Positions 25,281 through 38,660 of a stretch of DNA of 55,190 nucleotides are shown here, piece by piece. Where the stretch lies: assembly GCA_013265495.1 (NCBI GenBank), contig MU058037.1, forward strand, positions 436,001-491,190, read 5' to 3'. The stretch's first letter is position 1, and every line of letters begins with the position of its first letter. The translations under genes and the position numbers were made by a program. This DNA is from Vicugna vicugna. Its lineage: Eukaryota. The notes under the pieces were generated by a model. It worked only from the letters and a program-made list of their open reading frames with translations, ran no database searches and was not told the origin of the DNA.

Positions 25281-26146
25281 CTATTAAGGTTTATCGAATT
25301 TAATTTTTATTTGTTGCCCATTGCTTTCTCCACTTAAGTGTGAACATCTTTAGGATGGCATGGTGATGCCCTTTTTTATTTCCTAAACATTTAGCATAGG
25401 CCCTGATGTATAGTGGATGATTAATAAGTATCTCCAAAATGAATGGATGAATGTTCTTTTATTCTATTGGATAAGAAAATAAATTTTGTCTAGTTTTTCT
25501 CCTTATCATTTCTATGAGCTTATATGCTATCATTAGCTTGCAAAAGTTTCTTATGCCCAATATTAGTTATAGCAGTGTCTACGATGTATCACATTGATTC
25601 TGCTTTCCCCTTAAATATAATTAACTGGATAACATTGAATTTATTCATCTAAGATTAAAACAAATGGTCCACATAGGAATAAAATCTCAAAATCCATATG
25701 AACAAAGAATTCATTTTTTTCTTCCAGGAAAAAATCTGCAAGTGATTTCTTTCTGAAGTTAAGCTTATTATTTCTTTCTGAAGATAGGCTTATATTTAAA
25801 GAAAAGCTATTTGTTTGTATAAACTAATGATACAGATGACTTGAATTACTTAGAAAGGCTTATGCTTTTTGTTAAGTTACAAATTTCCATTAGAACTTTT
25901 TGAAGGACTACACTGAGGTTTATTCTGTACTTGAAAGGGCCTCAACATTTACATTTACTCAGTGTATATGAGAACATATACGTTCTTCTCTATTGATAGA
26001 GATATATTTTAGAGAAGGAATGTTATCAAGAGGTATCTAATTAGGACTCAGATCGCATACATTTGATCATCTTTTTCCTCTTAGTTCTTGTTTCCTTTTC
26101 TGAAAAATAAGCATGGTCATACAGGCTTACTCGTTTACTGTGTGTC

Positions 26147-26360
26147 AGGGTTTCTCACCTCAGCACTGTTGGTATTTTGGACTGGGTAATTCTTTTCTGG
26201 TGGGGGAAGGGATTGTCCTGTGCATTATAGGATGTTCGGTAGTATCCCTGGCCTCTAACCACTAGATGCCAGCGGCATTCCCAGACTTAGGACAACCGAA
26301 AGTGTTTCCAGACTTTGTTGTGTCCTCTGGGGGACAGATTGTCTCCAGTTGAGAACCACT
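26147..26360 (+). mobile_element. MER20 (hAT-Charlie MITE)
   Basis: Ends 'cagggtttctca' and 'ttgagaaccact', core 'tgtcctgtgcattataggatgttcggtagtatccctggcctctaaccactagatgccag'. Confidence 0.9.
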
Positions 26361-26838
26361 TCTCCTTGATCGAGGTGATCTGTCTTTCACCCTCAAATTA
26401 ACTGGAACTATTCTCTCTAGAGTCATCAGTAAAATTTCAGTTGCCATATTAATGATACTTTCTTGGGTCTTTTTTTTTTTTTCAATCTTAATGCTTCTGA
26501 TTTATCCTAGAGCATATTTTTAAAAAGTTTCTATTTGTGATAGTCACCTTAGGGGACTGTGATTCTGAAGGATAAATTTGGGTTCGTCTGTGAATTGGGA
26601 GCTTTCCTGTAGAATAATGCTATGCTTTTCTCCCCTTGAGGAAAGTAGCAAGGATTACATTATATTCAGGGCTTAAAATGTGACTGTTTGGCATATAAAA
26701 TGTACCTTAGGTCAGAGATAACTTTATACACATCAGAACAGTCTGTCCATAGAAATATTTTCTCTCTCTCTTTGTAAGTAAGCTAAACATTATCTTCCTA
26801 CCCAAGATGATGTAGGTGATTCAAAAATGATTAGAAGC

Positions 26839-27328
26839 CTATATTAGTTTCCTATCACTGCTACAAAAAATTATCACACATTTATTGACTTAAAACAACA
26901 CAAATTTATTATCTTACAGTATGGACATCAGAAATCTAAAATCAGTCTCACTGAGCTAAAATACAAGTTGTCAGCAAGGCTAGTACCTTCTGGAGGCTCT
27001 AGGGGAGAATCCATTTTCTTGCCTTTTGCAAATTCTAGAGGCTACATGCTTTCCTTGGTTCATGGATCTTTCTTCTAAATGGAGTCACTCCAACCTATGC
27101 TTCTGTAACCACATCTTCTCTATCACTTTAACTCTACTGCCTTTCCATCTTAAGGACCCTTGTGGTTACATTTGATTCAGCTGGAAAATCTAGGATACTT
27201 TCCCCATATCATGATCCTGAACTTAGTCACATCTGTAAAATTCTTTTATTCAGGTAAGGTAACATATTCATGGATTCCAGGGATTAGGACTTGGCCATCT
27301 TTGGGGGACCATTATTCAGCTTACCACA
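26839..27328 (-). mobile_element. MLT1C/MLT1D MaLR solo LTR, near full length
   Basis: 'tattagtttcct...aaacaacacaaatttattatcttacagt...tctggaggctctaggggagaatcc...taaggtaacatattca...gggggaccattattcagcttaccaca'. Confidence 0.9.
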
Positions 27329-29149
27329 ATACTCTACTCCTCTGACTGGTCCTCATATACCAAATGAAGAGAGACACACTTCTGATAAATCAACTTTGGG
27401 AAATATGAACTATTTATAAACAGATGTGCTTTTGATGAACAAGAATGGTCATAAAAAGGAGGGAGTGGAGAAGAAGGTGCCCAGTCAGACTTTTGGAATT
27501 ACTGCAGGGTATATCTTGCTTCAAATGATGTTTTGAGTCTCAAACTTAATCCCCAAATATTTCCCCCATGAAACAAGCCAAGGACCCAATATACAGGAGT
27601 CTTGGCACAGAAAGATTGTGACTCAAAATGGGTCAATAATATAAAATCTGTCAATATACACATTTGTCACATTTTGTGACCAGAGAAGGGAGAACAAAAG
27701 AGGGATCATTGGGACCACTTTTGTGAATTTCGGTTATTCTTTCAATCAACCAAATTCTCCACATACTCTGTTCATTCTCAGGGGACTTGGTAATTGCTTT
27801 GGTAGCTGATTTACGTATGATACCAACTGTATGTCTGTATGTCTCTACATCTCCAAACATGGATTATGTGTGCATATATAAGTGTGAGATAGTGTGGGTG
27901 TGTGGGTGTATCCCACTAACTCCTTTGATTCATTGGTCCTTAAAATTCATCCTATGTCTAACTCTAAACTTGCCTTTTTCTGTCCCAGACAGTACCTTTC
28001 AATCAGCCTAAAAGCTACTACTTTTAACTCCTTAGTTTTATAACTAATAAATCTCTAAGAGCTTTTTATTTTAATTATAATTTCACAAGCATCTGTTCAA
28101 GCCTTTACAGTCTTCTCACCACTTTTGCCTGAATTATTACAGTCATCTACAAGATCTTTTACCTAAAATCTCATCTCTTTTCTGTTCTCCTACATACTGT
28201 TTACTGGATTAACACACTTACATCATCCTATTTAATCTACCATCATTTCCTTATTATGGCATGAAATCCAAATTCCAAAACCTTGAATTTAGAACTTTCC
28301 AAAGAATAATTACAACTCCTTTTTCTAACAGCTGCCTTTCATTGCATCAAATATAAGTCCTTGCCTCAATGGATTTGTTCCATCCACAGTCTGCTAAATG
28401 AATCATTTAAGTACTGAGGTAAATTAAATGGTCGGATTGTTAAATCACACACTCTAGAACTGGAGATTTTACCTTGTATCAGACTTGACTAATAACTTTA
28501 AGGACACAGACAGTTGCTAGAGACGGGTGAAGCATGAAGTCTGAGACTGCTAGTGCGACTGGCAGGTTCTTCCTTTCTGTATTAGTATTTGTCCTGGATC
28601 AGATTTTACATGCAGATTGTCTAAGTAGTACATATGAGGCATCCATTACAAAGAGCGAGTTTTTTCAGTCATAAACATCTCCATTATATACTATGATAAT
28701 TACATAGCTAATGCTGTCATTTTCCAGTATGCTGTGCTGCATAAATAAAAAACTTCAGATTTGCTCTAGAGAGACCAAGTACATCCTGACAAAAAGCACC
28801 CCACAGAAAAGAACTCCCCATTAGTTCTCCGTTAGTAAATACCATTAGGTGGTCTGATGAGATTAGCATGTTGCAAGGAGATTCTTAATGGTTCCTTCTT
28901 TTTTCCCTTTCTCTCCTGAAGGTATCCCTAGACCAGATCCTTACCATCTCCTTCCCTCTACCCTTTCTAAAACTTACTCCCTCTGTCTCAAAGTCTCTCT
29001 GCCCATTCCACTATCTATAAAAACCCAACCTCAGTCCCAGTTACTCTGTGATGGTCCCAATTTATTCTATCTCCTAGTAATTTCTTTGAACTTTGAATTA
29101 CTATTTTACTTGTTATATTCACACTATCATTTAGCATTTATACTAGAAA

Positions 29150-29320
29150 GATTACAAAATTAATCTAATCATCAGAAAACCCTGTATGTTATTTTCATCC
29201 TCATCATGCAAAATCATTAAGAGACTGAAAGTCCAAGCAACTTGCTTAAGATCACGAAAGTAGAGGAGCTGGTATTCGAACCTGGGTCCGAGTTACACTT
29301 AGCTTTACATTTCCTTTAGG
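29150..29320 (-). mobile_element. MIR SINE fragment
   Basis: 'aagcaacttgcttaagatcacg...agagg agctggtattcgaacctgggtc'. Confidence 0.6.
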
Positions 29321-29675
29321 GCAAAAATACGAAATGGGTGAAACTTGTCTCTGAAGCCCACCCCCGTACCCTGCCATCACTCCTGCTAATAGTTTTAAAG
29401 GTATTAACTGATAGATTCCTAAAACATCACTCCATGCAGGGTTTGTTAACATTTTAAAAATGAGTCATTTAAAAAGACTAGCCTTTAGTTTTTGGCTCTT
29501 TGCCTTGTTATACAGGTGGGGGATGGGAGTGAAATGCACAAGATAACACTCAGACTCTGTTTCCTGTCACTCTTCCTCTCCCCTCTCCCCTCTCTGCTCA
29601 CATGAAAAGGTGAAGAAAAAGAGTCTGACTGTAACACTTTGGTTTTACAAAATCTTATTTAACGTGTGTTTTTCC

Positions 29676-30217
29676 TGTAATTATAAAATACTAACATCAT
29701 GCTGAATATGATCAGAATGCCTCATTAATTCCCACCTTTTCTATATACCATCCAATTCTGCAAAGGCTAGAAACTAAAGACTGTATTTCCCAGACTCCCT
29801 TGCAGCTGCAATTCTACATTTGAATTAGCTCCCTTCAGCTAGATTCACTCATTAAGAGACTTAGAATGCAGACTTCAGGCAGAGGCTAGATTCCAGATGC
29901 CCTTTCTTCTGGCCTGCAGAGGTTGTGAAAACAAGAGAGTGTCTAGAAAAAGCTCTGGCAATCAAAATTAGGGTTTCAGAATGAAATAACCAACTTTGTG
30001 GTTATGCAGAGGCAGTTATCCAGAGCCAGCCTCCTAATCCTTGGATCACATCTTTGGTAGCATGTTTTTAAATCCAAGAGTTTGAGTGATGGCCCCTGAT
30101 TTCTGCTTCTCCAGGGCTTCCAATGATTTCGTAACACCTAAGACCCTGATTTAAATCTTTTCTTTCTTAAAATAACTAGAATGATTTGTGTTTCCTGCTA
30201 GGAATCCTGACTTATAC
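29676..30217 (+). mobile_element. LTR50-like ERVL solo LTR
   Basis: TG...CA ends ('tgtaatt', 'cctgacttataca') and 'ctgcaaaggctagaaactaaagactgtatttcccagactcccttgcagct'. Confidence 0.7.
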
Positions 30218-30519
30218 AAACACAAATTATAAATACTTTATGGCAGCAGGTTTTTTTCCTTGTTGTCCCTGAAGTTTAGAGGGTAAATCTTATGCCAGTG
30301 AATTATTTACACTGAATAGCTACAACTACATAGTAATAAATTGTCAGTATTGCCAAAGATGGTATTAAAAAGTCTTTCTTTAAATCATGCGCTAAAAAGT
30401 GCTGTTGCTGTTTAGCTTTCAGTGCTAAAGTTTGTTCTAAGAAGAGGTTCCTGTGATGCTTTTATCTTCATTCCCTCTTTTGACATCACTTTTTGCCAAT
30501 GTTGAACTGGAGTGAGTGA

Positions 30520-30730
30520 GGGAGCAGGCTTAAGAGTCAGAGAACAGAGGTCAGATGATTGGCTTGAAGTATACAGCTCAGCTTCTAACCACTTGTGTGA
30601 CCTCAGGTGAGTAAATTCCTCATTCTCAGGCTGTGTTTGTATCTGAAAAATGAGGACACCCATAATGTCTGAGAGCAAGATACACAATCCCACGTGATCA
30701 CTAACAATGTGGTCACTGGTTAAGCTGGCA
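30520..30730 (+). mobile_element. MIR SINE
   Basis: 'cagctcagcttctaaccacttgtgtgacctcaggtgagtaaatt...tatctgaaaaatgagg'. Confidence 0.7.
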
Positions 30731-31182
30731 TGTGAATCCTGAGTATCTGTGAGTGTTTGCACTGATTAATTTTTGGTCAGTTTCATGTGGCTACAGATAC
30801 TGGGGTAAAATATTGTTTCCAGCTGACCTTCTGAGACACTGCAGTTGACTTCCACTCCTCCATTATTGGAATATAAGACCAGTTTGCTTCACAGCCTCTA
30901 CTGATGAAACCCATAAAAGCCACATTTGAATAGGGTTTAGCTGTTATTAGAATGCCAGTTGTGATCCCAAATATTAGCATTCTTCTGAAATTACATTCTG
31001 GTTACAAAGCAGAAGCATCTGGTAATCAAATTTAATTATTAACAAAATCATGGTTTTTGCCAAGATTATCTGGATAGATACATTTTTAACTTGCTCTAGA
31101 GCAAGAATAATCAGTATGGAGTCAGGTATTGAAGAAACTTGTCTTAACAACTAGAATTGTCAATCTGGATCAGCTCTTGAAT

Positions 31183-31430
31183 AAGCTACATAAAGTGCTG
31201 GTTAAGAACATGAACTCTGGGATCAGGCTGCCTGAGTTGCAAGTACCACGATTTATAAACGGCGTGACCTTGAGCCAGTTACTTAACCTTTCTGTGATTC
31301 AGTTTGTTCACCTGTAAAATGGGAATAAAAATGGTAGCCATCTCATAGGGTGGTTTTGAGGATTTATTAAGTTAGTATTTGTGAAAATTTTGGAAAATTC
31401 TTGGCACACAGTAAATGTGAAATATTTTGT
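31183..31430 (+). mobile_element. MIR SINE
   Basis: 'gtgaccttgagccagttacttaacctttctgtgattcagtttgttcacctgtaaaatgggaataa...tctcatagggtggttttgaggatt'. Confidence 0.9.
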
Positions 31431-33599
31431 TAAGACCTCACTGTCTTAACATTGCTTTGTTAAGAGATACTTGTGTTCTATTTTTCTGTGCCTTGGCCTC
31501 TCCTGTGACTAAGAGTGAGCCCTCTATAGTATGCTTTTATTTGAACTTTTCATGAGCTTGCTAAAATATTTTAAGCTAGCGGTCCTTCTCTGGTTTTAAT
31601 GAATTCTATGCATTTGCTTCCCACATATATATTTTTTTTTCCTCTTGGCCAGTTGCTAGATCAGTTGAGTTAATTCTTTGTAAAATATGTGCTAAATTTA
31701 AGGTAGTACTTCATTTTTGTATTTTTAAATTCAATTCTCAGTGGAACATTTAAATAATTTTATAAATGTGTACTTCACTTTAAAAAGAATCCTATATGTG
31801 AATCTCCTTTTCATTGCAGTTTCCAGCTCAGTTGAACAAATTAATCTTCCAGTAATCTGTACACTTCCTCTCCTTGACCTTGGGATAAATGCAGCCCAGA
31901 CTGAGAAAACATTAGGCAACTCCTCCAAATACCTAGTGAGAGGGTAAAGAGAAGGCTCTTAATGGTCCGCAGAAATCCACAGTAGGGGAGAAGTTGAAGT
32001 GACTGGAAATCAACTAGCCATAGGCATTCTCAATACCCTGGTGACACTTTTGGAGTCTAATCCCTTTGACCTCTCATTGAGAGGTTAGAGGTTTATCTAC
32101 CTGTCTACTTGGGTCTTTCAAGTTTCTAGAGCATAGAAGGGGACAAAGGACTCTATGCTGGCTTATTGATCAGAGCCTGATTTTTCTGCCTTTACAGAAC
32201 TAGCTATATTTCCCCGAACTGAGACCTTGGCTCCACATTTTCCTGTCTTATCTCAGATAAATTTCCCTAGATACAACTTACTTCTCAAGGTGTAGTACTG
32301 TTATATCTAAGTTCACGCCATTAGCCCATTCTCCCAGATTATACCACCCATTTGATTTCAACATCTGTCTACAATTATACTAGATTCTGAATCCAGTGAG
32401 TTGTATTGCTTGTTGGATCTTACATTTTGCTTTAGGCTTACATTTCAGTTAAGACTTGTTTATATTCTGATTCGGATTGTAATTATCGATCGCTTTAGGG
32501 CTACTATTTTTGTCAAGGACGTCCCTGTATGCCAACTAACTTATTCTCTTCAGTTTGATACTTCATCTGTGCCAGCATGCTGTGTGCCTGCTGCAGCATC
32601 CGGGAGCCGTCCTGTGAAACTTTCAGAGACACTATATTCTTCGTGTCTCTATATAGCCTTTGGCTTTGTTTGTAGAAATGTAGCTGAGTTGGACAAAACT
32701 TAACATTCAGGGGATCTGATTCAAAAAACTTAGCTCATTTGCCTCTAAAGAACCAGATCAACTGAATAGTTGCACAGTTCCTGTTCATTTATCCTATATA
32801 AGCCAGACTTTTATTTTGGAATGACCAGAATGCAAATAGAATTAAATTCCTCACATAGTTTTATATATAACATCTTGTCCTGTTTTCAAAGGATCACATT
32901 AAAGCTTAGTCATTACAGTAACCTGGGAATTTGAATCATTTTGTCTATTAAGCTGTATTATTATGTAGTATTTGATATTGTCTAAGTCCTTTATGATAAT
33001 TTCTTTGAATAGTTATTCCTCACAATGATCCTATGATATAGAGCATTACTCTCCTATCATCTTCCCTCTGTTTTCTTTTGGGAGAAGTAAAAAGCAGGCA
33101 GTTTATAACTTGTCGTATGTTACCAAGTGAGTCAGTGGCAAAATGGGATTTGAAATCCCAGTGTCTGTGTCCCTGATCAGTTATTATTTCTGTTCTACCC
33201 AGATAACTGTACCGTTTCTCTATTTATTGTTTAGTCTGTCATTTCTTACTTCAACAAAATCCAGTTAAATTGTTCAGTGTTTTAACTCCCTTCTCCCATA
33301 CTAATTGTTTCTTCTTTGTTTACATAACTTTATCATGGGCATTAGGTGAAGACTTGTCTAACAGCAGAAAGATGTATTAAATTATTTCTTTATACCTTTC
33401 TAACTTTTTCAGTTTTTGATTTTACCTCGTAAAACTGGATTTTAAAATATATAATATGTGATGGTCACAAGCTAAATGATCAAGTCTTTAGTCTCCACAA
33501 TTATTTATATATATTTAATTTTGTGACTATGAAGTAAATTTTATGATAGTATGATTTGTCTATAAAGTTATGGAAGCCAGAGATTTTGGCTTGTAATCA

Positions 33600-33820
33600 G
33601 GAAGGGAGTATGATGTGAGCAATAGACGATCTTTGGGTTACCGTTATGCCTCTATTTCATACCAGCTATGTGACCTTGGGCAGTAATTTATCCTCTTCAG
33701 CCTGTATTCCTCTTCTATTAAATGGAGATAATATTTACCTCATACATTTCTATAGTAAACCAAAGAAACATATGTTAAAAGTATTCAGCTACCATATAGG
33801 GGTTAATAAGCATCTGTTTC
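33600..33820 (+). mobile_element. MIR SINE
   Basis: 'accagctatgtgaccttgggcagtaatttatcctcttcagcctgtattcc...aaatggagataatatttacctcata'. Confidence 0.75.
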
Positions 33821-34129
33821 CATCAGTCTCATCTTCTAATTGCTTGTATACACCCAGACTGTAAGTATGGGGCTGATTACTCATGATGGGTGGCCAGCAA
33901 ATTTTGTTCATTGGCAAAATATTTTCATAGTCAGCCAGAACAAACTTTATTACAGAGTATTCTTTAACAAAATTCATTTCCCTGAGGCAAATATTTATAA
34001 TTATTGAACAGGTATGTCTGTTTTCATTTTTAGAGTTCAAATAATCATTTCAGTGACTTGGTCCCTTGCAGATTTTTCTTTTCACACAAAGATTTTTATT
34101 AACTATAGTAGTTTTAATTATGTTAGAAT

Positions 34130-35202
34130 TTTTTAAACTTTTTTATTGAGTTATAGTCATTTTACAATGTTGTGTCAAATTCCAGTGTAGAGCACAATTT
34201 TTCAGTTATACATGAGCATACATATATTCATTGTTGCATTTTTTGCTGTGGGCTACCACAAGATCTTGTATATATTTCTCTGTGATATACAGTATAATCT
34301 TGTTTATTTATTGTAGATATACCTGTCAGTATCTACAAATTTCGAACTCCCAGTCTGTCCTTTCCCACCCCCTACCCCCTTGGCAACCACAAGTTTGTAT
34401 TCTATGTCTATGAGTCTGTTTCTGTTTTGTATTTATGTTCTTTTTTATTTTATTTTTTTTAGATTCTACATATGAGTGATCTCATATGGTATTTTTCTTT
34501 CTCTTTCTGCCTTACTTCACTTAGAATGACATTCTCAAGGGACATCCATGTTGCTGTAAATGGCGTTATGGTGTCGTCTTTTATGGCTGAGTAGTATTCC
34601 ATTGTATAAGTATACCACAGCTTCTTTATCCAGTCATCTGTTGATGGACATTTAGGCTGTTTCCATGTCTTGGCTATTGTAAATAGTGCTGCTGTGAACG
34701 TTGGGGTGCAGGTGTCTTTTGAATTAGGGTTCCTTCCATGCCCAGGACTGGGACTGCTGGGTCATATGGTAAGTCTATTCCTAGTCTTTTGAGGAATCTC
34801 CATACTGTTTTCCACAGTGGCTGCACCAAACTGCATTCCCACCAGCAGTGTAAGGGGGGTTCCCTTTCCTCCACAGCCTCTCCAGCATTTGTCATTTGTG
34901 GACTTTTGAATGATGGCCATTCTGACTGGTGTGAGGGGATACCTCATTGTAGTTTTGACTTGCATTTCTCTGATAATTAGTGATATTGAGCATTTTTTCA
35001 TGTGCATGTTGGTCATTTGTATGTCTTCCTTGGAGAATTGCTTGTTTAGATATTCTGCCCATTTTTGGATTGGGTTGTTAATTTTTTTCTTATTGTGTCG
35101 TATGAGCTGCTTATATATTCTGGAGATCAAGCCTTTGTCGGTTTCATCTTTTGCAAACATTTTCTCCCATTCCGTAGGTTGTCGTTTTGCCTTGCTTATG
35201 GT
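34130..35202 (-). mobile_element. Young lineage-specific LINE-1, 5'-truncated (ORF2 C-terminus plus 3' UTR; L1_Vpa-like)
   Basis: Minus-strand translations give L1 ORF2 C-terminal sequence ([11 protein letters not shown]...NNPIQKW...[28 protein letters not shown]). PolyA signal at about 34143. A frameshift near 34855 and a small deletion near 34737 relative to the 51.3-kb copy. Confidence 0.95.
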
Positions 35203-35321
35203 CAGATTTTGTTTAAGGGACATATATGCACAAAAGATACTTGCTATCAAGAGGAGATACTTGAAAAATGATTTTAGAGTGCATTCTGGAAAAAAGGTCA
35301 TTTGTATAATGTATTATTTAT

Positions 35322-35946
35322 GATCCAGTTTGTTAAATAGAAACTATACTACATATTCAACAGAAGGAATTTAATATAGGGAATTGGGTGTACAAGTGTT
35401 GGAGGGCCAAAAGAGCAAAAAGAAAATAGGTATACCAAAGATAATAACTTCAAGAAACATTTACCATCTCTAAGTCTGAGAATATAAAGGAGAAGAAATT
35501 GGGGTAGCTAGAACATAAGAAGTAGGGATGAAGATGGGCTGAATTGGAACTCAGACTTAGGTTACTAGAAACAGTTGTGTGGTGATTTACAGTCTCAGCG
35601 GAGGGTCTCAATATAGCTGGAGATCAGACCTCTGAGGGTATAGGAACACCTGGCTACTTCTGGTTCCTTTGAGTGGATACCATGAGATTGGTGTTCTGGG
35701 AATGCCAAAGAGAAATTAAACTGGAAAGAGTTGCTGATGCTGGGGCGTAAAATAAAACCACAGTCTTTACCCCTGCTTTCTGACCTCCCTCTCTCTCTAC
35801 CCCCCCTCTCATATTCTATTAGTTGAATCTAACAGGAAGCCAAATGGCAAAGGAGTCTAGAAAATACAGTTTTTAGAGTTCCAGCACTTGCAGAATACAA
35901 AACAATATATTTGTAGCTGAGAGACAAAAGAGAAATAACTGGTATA
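35322..35946 (-). mobile_element. LTR78-like ancient solo LTR
   Basis: 'tattcaacagaaggaatttaatatagggaattgg' and 'gaatctaacaggaagcc...ggcaaaggagtctagaaaatacagt...gctgagagacaaaagagaaataactggtata'. Confidence 0.65.
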
Positions 35947-36899
35947 CGTAACTTAAAAAAATAGCAGTAGCCACAAAAATTCCTTTGGGTTTCAGGTAAC
36001 ATTTCTGAAGTCCATCCAAACCCATCAGTATGTGATGATAAAGTTACCTTCCTTATATAAATTGAGGCTTTTAATAATGACAGAAAATAGGTTGTTATAT
36101 AACTCTTACATGGACACCCCCCCCAATAAAACCACATTCATTTCTAGTGGTCACTTTCTCTTCCCCTTCCTGAATGAAGTATGTTCCAGTATTACTCTGC
36201 ATCTAAATGAGCAGATTGTTTTTTCTTTGTGATGCATGTATTTCATAAAGCCCAGAAAACTGTAGAACAGCTGAAGATGGGTGTCTTGAAACTCCCAGAG
36301 AGATTGTTGAATAAGCAAGCCTCCCTGTGAGCAGGAAGATTCTCAGATTACTAGGACTTATTTATTTACTGAATCAGGATGATGTTGAGGCATGTAAATA
36401 CTACCTTTGAGAATTGTGTAACAGAATCTTATCCCACTTTCCTGATGTCTCCTCCATTGAATAATCTAGTGTTCTATTGGGCAGCTAGAATTAATGGAGT
36501 ATAAAATTATTTTCAGTATGCAAACCTAACCAGTAATGCTTTTAATGATTTGCTTATTTCAGGGATTGTATATTTGGATTTCAATAAAAATTAAACCTGA
36601 AAGAGATTAGTATTCTCCAAATTTTTCTTTTTCTAAGTTGACAAAACAAATATTGAGACAAAATAAAGGAGCTTTAGAAAAAGGAACCTGACCTGAGATA
36701 GCTTAAAGTGATTGGCCATTATCAATTAGTTGATATTTTAGCAACTGTTCATCTATTTGGGAGAACTCATGGAGAATTAGCCTTCTTGTTATTTCTGTAG
36801 GGGAACACCAAAATTTTATGTCACTTTGATTTGATGAAAAAAGAAAATACAGAATTGGATAATTGTACACTTAAGTAGGTTTGCAGATGTTTTCAATGG

Positions 36900-37345
36900 G
36901 TATATTCAAAGCACATTGCATAATGGACCATATCAATATTTGTGTGATGGGAGATTTAGACATCCCCCAGTATTTCTACCTTCTCTTCTAGTCTGTTAAA
37001 TAAAAAATACCCAAAGGGAGGCATAAAAGATATGATGATCAATTCTCAGATGTTAAAAATCTGGGGGGAGAGGCTAAGACTGGATGTCAAACAAGTGTAA
37101 AATACTCTTGATAGTTTGGAATGATGAGAGTTAATCAAGGTGAATTTTAGTGGGATAAATACAAAAGAAAAATATGAAATGTGGGAAATACGATTTAACA
37201 GTGGAATTTTTGCAAAAAAACTGATTACAAGAACAAAATGATACAGTTATGGAATATGTCTGTCAATAAAGTCAATACTGCTTTGGCCACATCGTGCTGA
37301 TGTCCATACCAAGGGAGAAAAGAGTCCCACAGCTCTTCATATATG
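36900..37345 (+). mobile_element. L3/CR1 LINE reverse-transcriptase remnant
   Basis: 'atgatgatcaattctcagatgttaaaaatctggggggagaggct' resembles the CR1 'IKFADDTKLGG' region, followed by 'aaggtgaattttagtgggataaatacaaaa'. Confidence 0.6.
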
Positions 37346-37709
37346 AGGTAGCGTGTGAGAAGTAGTCTCTCTTTCTGGTGATCATCCATATTCTAATCAG
37401 TCCACTTATAACCAATTTTTATTGTAACTCCCAAATGCACCATTCTGAAGTGTCTTGACAACTATAGCTAAGTATCTAACTGTTGATCAGGACTGGTGAT
37501 TCAGAAACACATTTGTTGGTCTTATTTTACTTTGATCAAACTTATTATTCATGAGTTTTAGGCGGTAACTGCAGAATGTTTCAGAAGGCTGCCAGACAAT
37601 GAGTTCCACCCCCTCCCCCATTATGACATCCCTAAGAGTTTTATAAAATGTCAGATGCCCCATATTCATGAGAATGTATGCACTGGAGCCCCTCTATCAG
37701 CAAAAATGG

Positions 37710-37895
37710 CAACAGCAATAACACCATTTATTGTGACTATGTGTTGTTGAGTATTTGCCAAGTACACCCAATAATGCATTATGATGATAAGTAAACTAAG
37801 GCTTAGGGACATGAGCAATATGCCTAAGGTCGCTTAGCTAGTCAGTGGTGGAACAAGAGCTTACCTTCAGGCCATCTCACTCCAGAACTAGAAGC
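37710..37895 (-). mobile_element. MIR SINE
   Basis: 'gataagtaaactaaggcttagggacatgagcaatatgcctaaggtcgcttagctagtcagtggtgga'. Confidence 0.7.
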
Positions 37896-38489
37896 AGCTC
37901 TGCTTATAGTTTGGAAAGAGCTAGCACTGGATACGGAAGGATAAGGTACTAATACATGTGTGTCTGCCTTACCTAATTTGGTACTGAAACACTTTCCTTT
38001 CCTGGGTTTCTACACTTTATCATCTATGAATTGGGTTGGCTGGATGAAATGGTCAGTAAAGTCTCTTGAAGATTCAATCCTCTAAATCTGCAGTTCTTTG
38101 AAAATTTGAATGTCTTTTTTCTTTAACTCAGTGGAAGTGAAAGTTCAACCAGAACCTGTCTCTGAAAATAATTACTTCTAGGAGAAAATTTCAGTGCTAA
38201 TCTCCCCATTTTTAAAGGCAAATGATAATAAGAACAAATGGAATTAATTCCTTGATATAATTTTGAGGAAAGATATCAAACCTTAAGTGTGTAAATTAGA
38301 GTTATTTTTGTTTGATTGGATCTCAAAATTATTCTAAGAGGCTTGGTCTTGTACTCCTATAGATACGTCAAATGGGATTATTTTTAGTTTCTCAGAATTT
38401 TGGCTAAAACTCAAAACAAGAAAAAAAAAGGTTATAAGTGCCTACACATTTTATAGAGAGCTGTTAACTCAGAAAACTAATATTTGGTT

Positions 38490-38660
38490 TGAAAAGTCAG
38501 TGACTATAAGGGAGCATGATGGGGGCCTTTGTGGGGCTACTAGTGTTTTAGGTGCTGGTTATATGAGTATTAATTGCAAAAATTCAGTGAGCTGTACATT
38601 TATGAGTTGAGCACTTTTCTGTATTTATGCTGTATGTTAATTAAAATTTTACCAAATAAA
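38490..38660 (+). mobile_element. L1ME 3' end
   Basis: 'ggtgctggttatatgagt...aaaattcagtgagctgtacatttatga...gcacttttctgtatttatgctgtat'. Confidence 0.7.

Noticed and set aside
31731..31960. Overlapping opposite-strand ORFs and a minus-strand acceptor (ctctcactag|G at 31932) as a coding exon
   Set aside because: No convincing donor and no recognisable peptide in any frame.
34762..35301. 179-aa ORF as a novel chimeric protein
   Set aside because: Flanking DNA read into a truncated, frameshifted L1 ORF2. No promoter or splice evidence.
34910..35323. Hydrophobic 135-137 aa ORFs (also 52045-52452) as membrane proteins
   Set aside because: They are the antisense frame of L1 ORF2, a known source of spurious hydrophobic ORFs.
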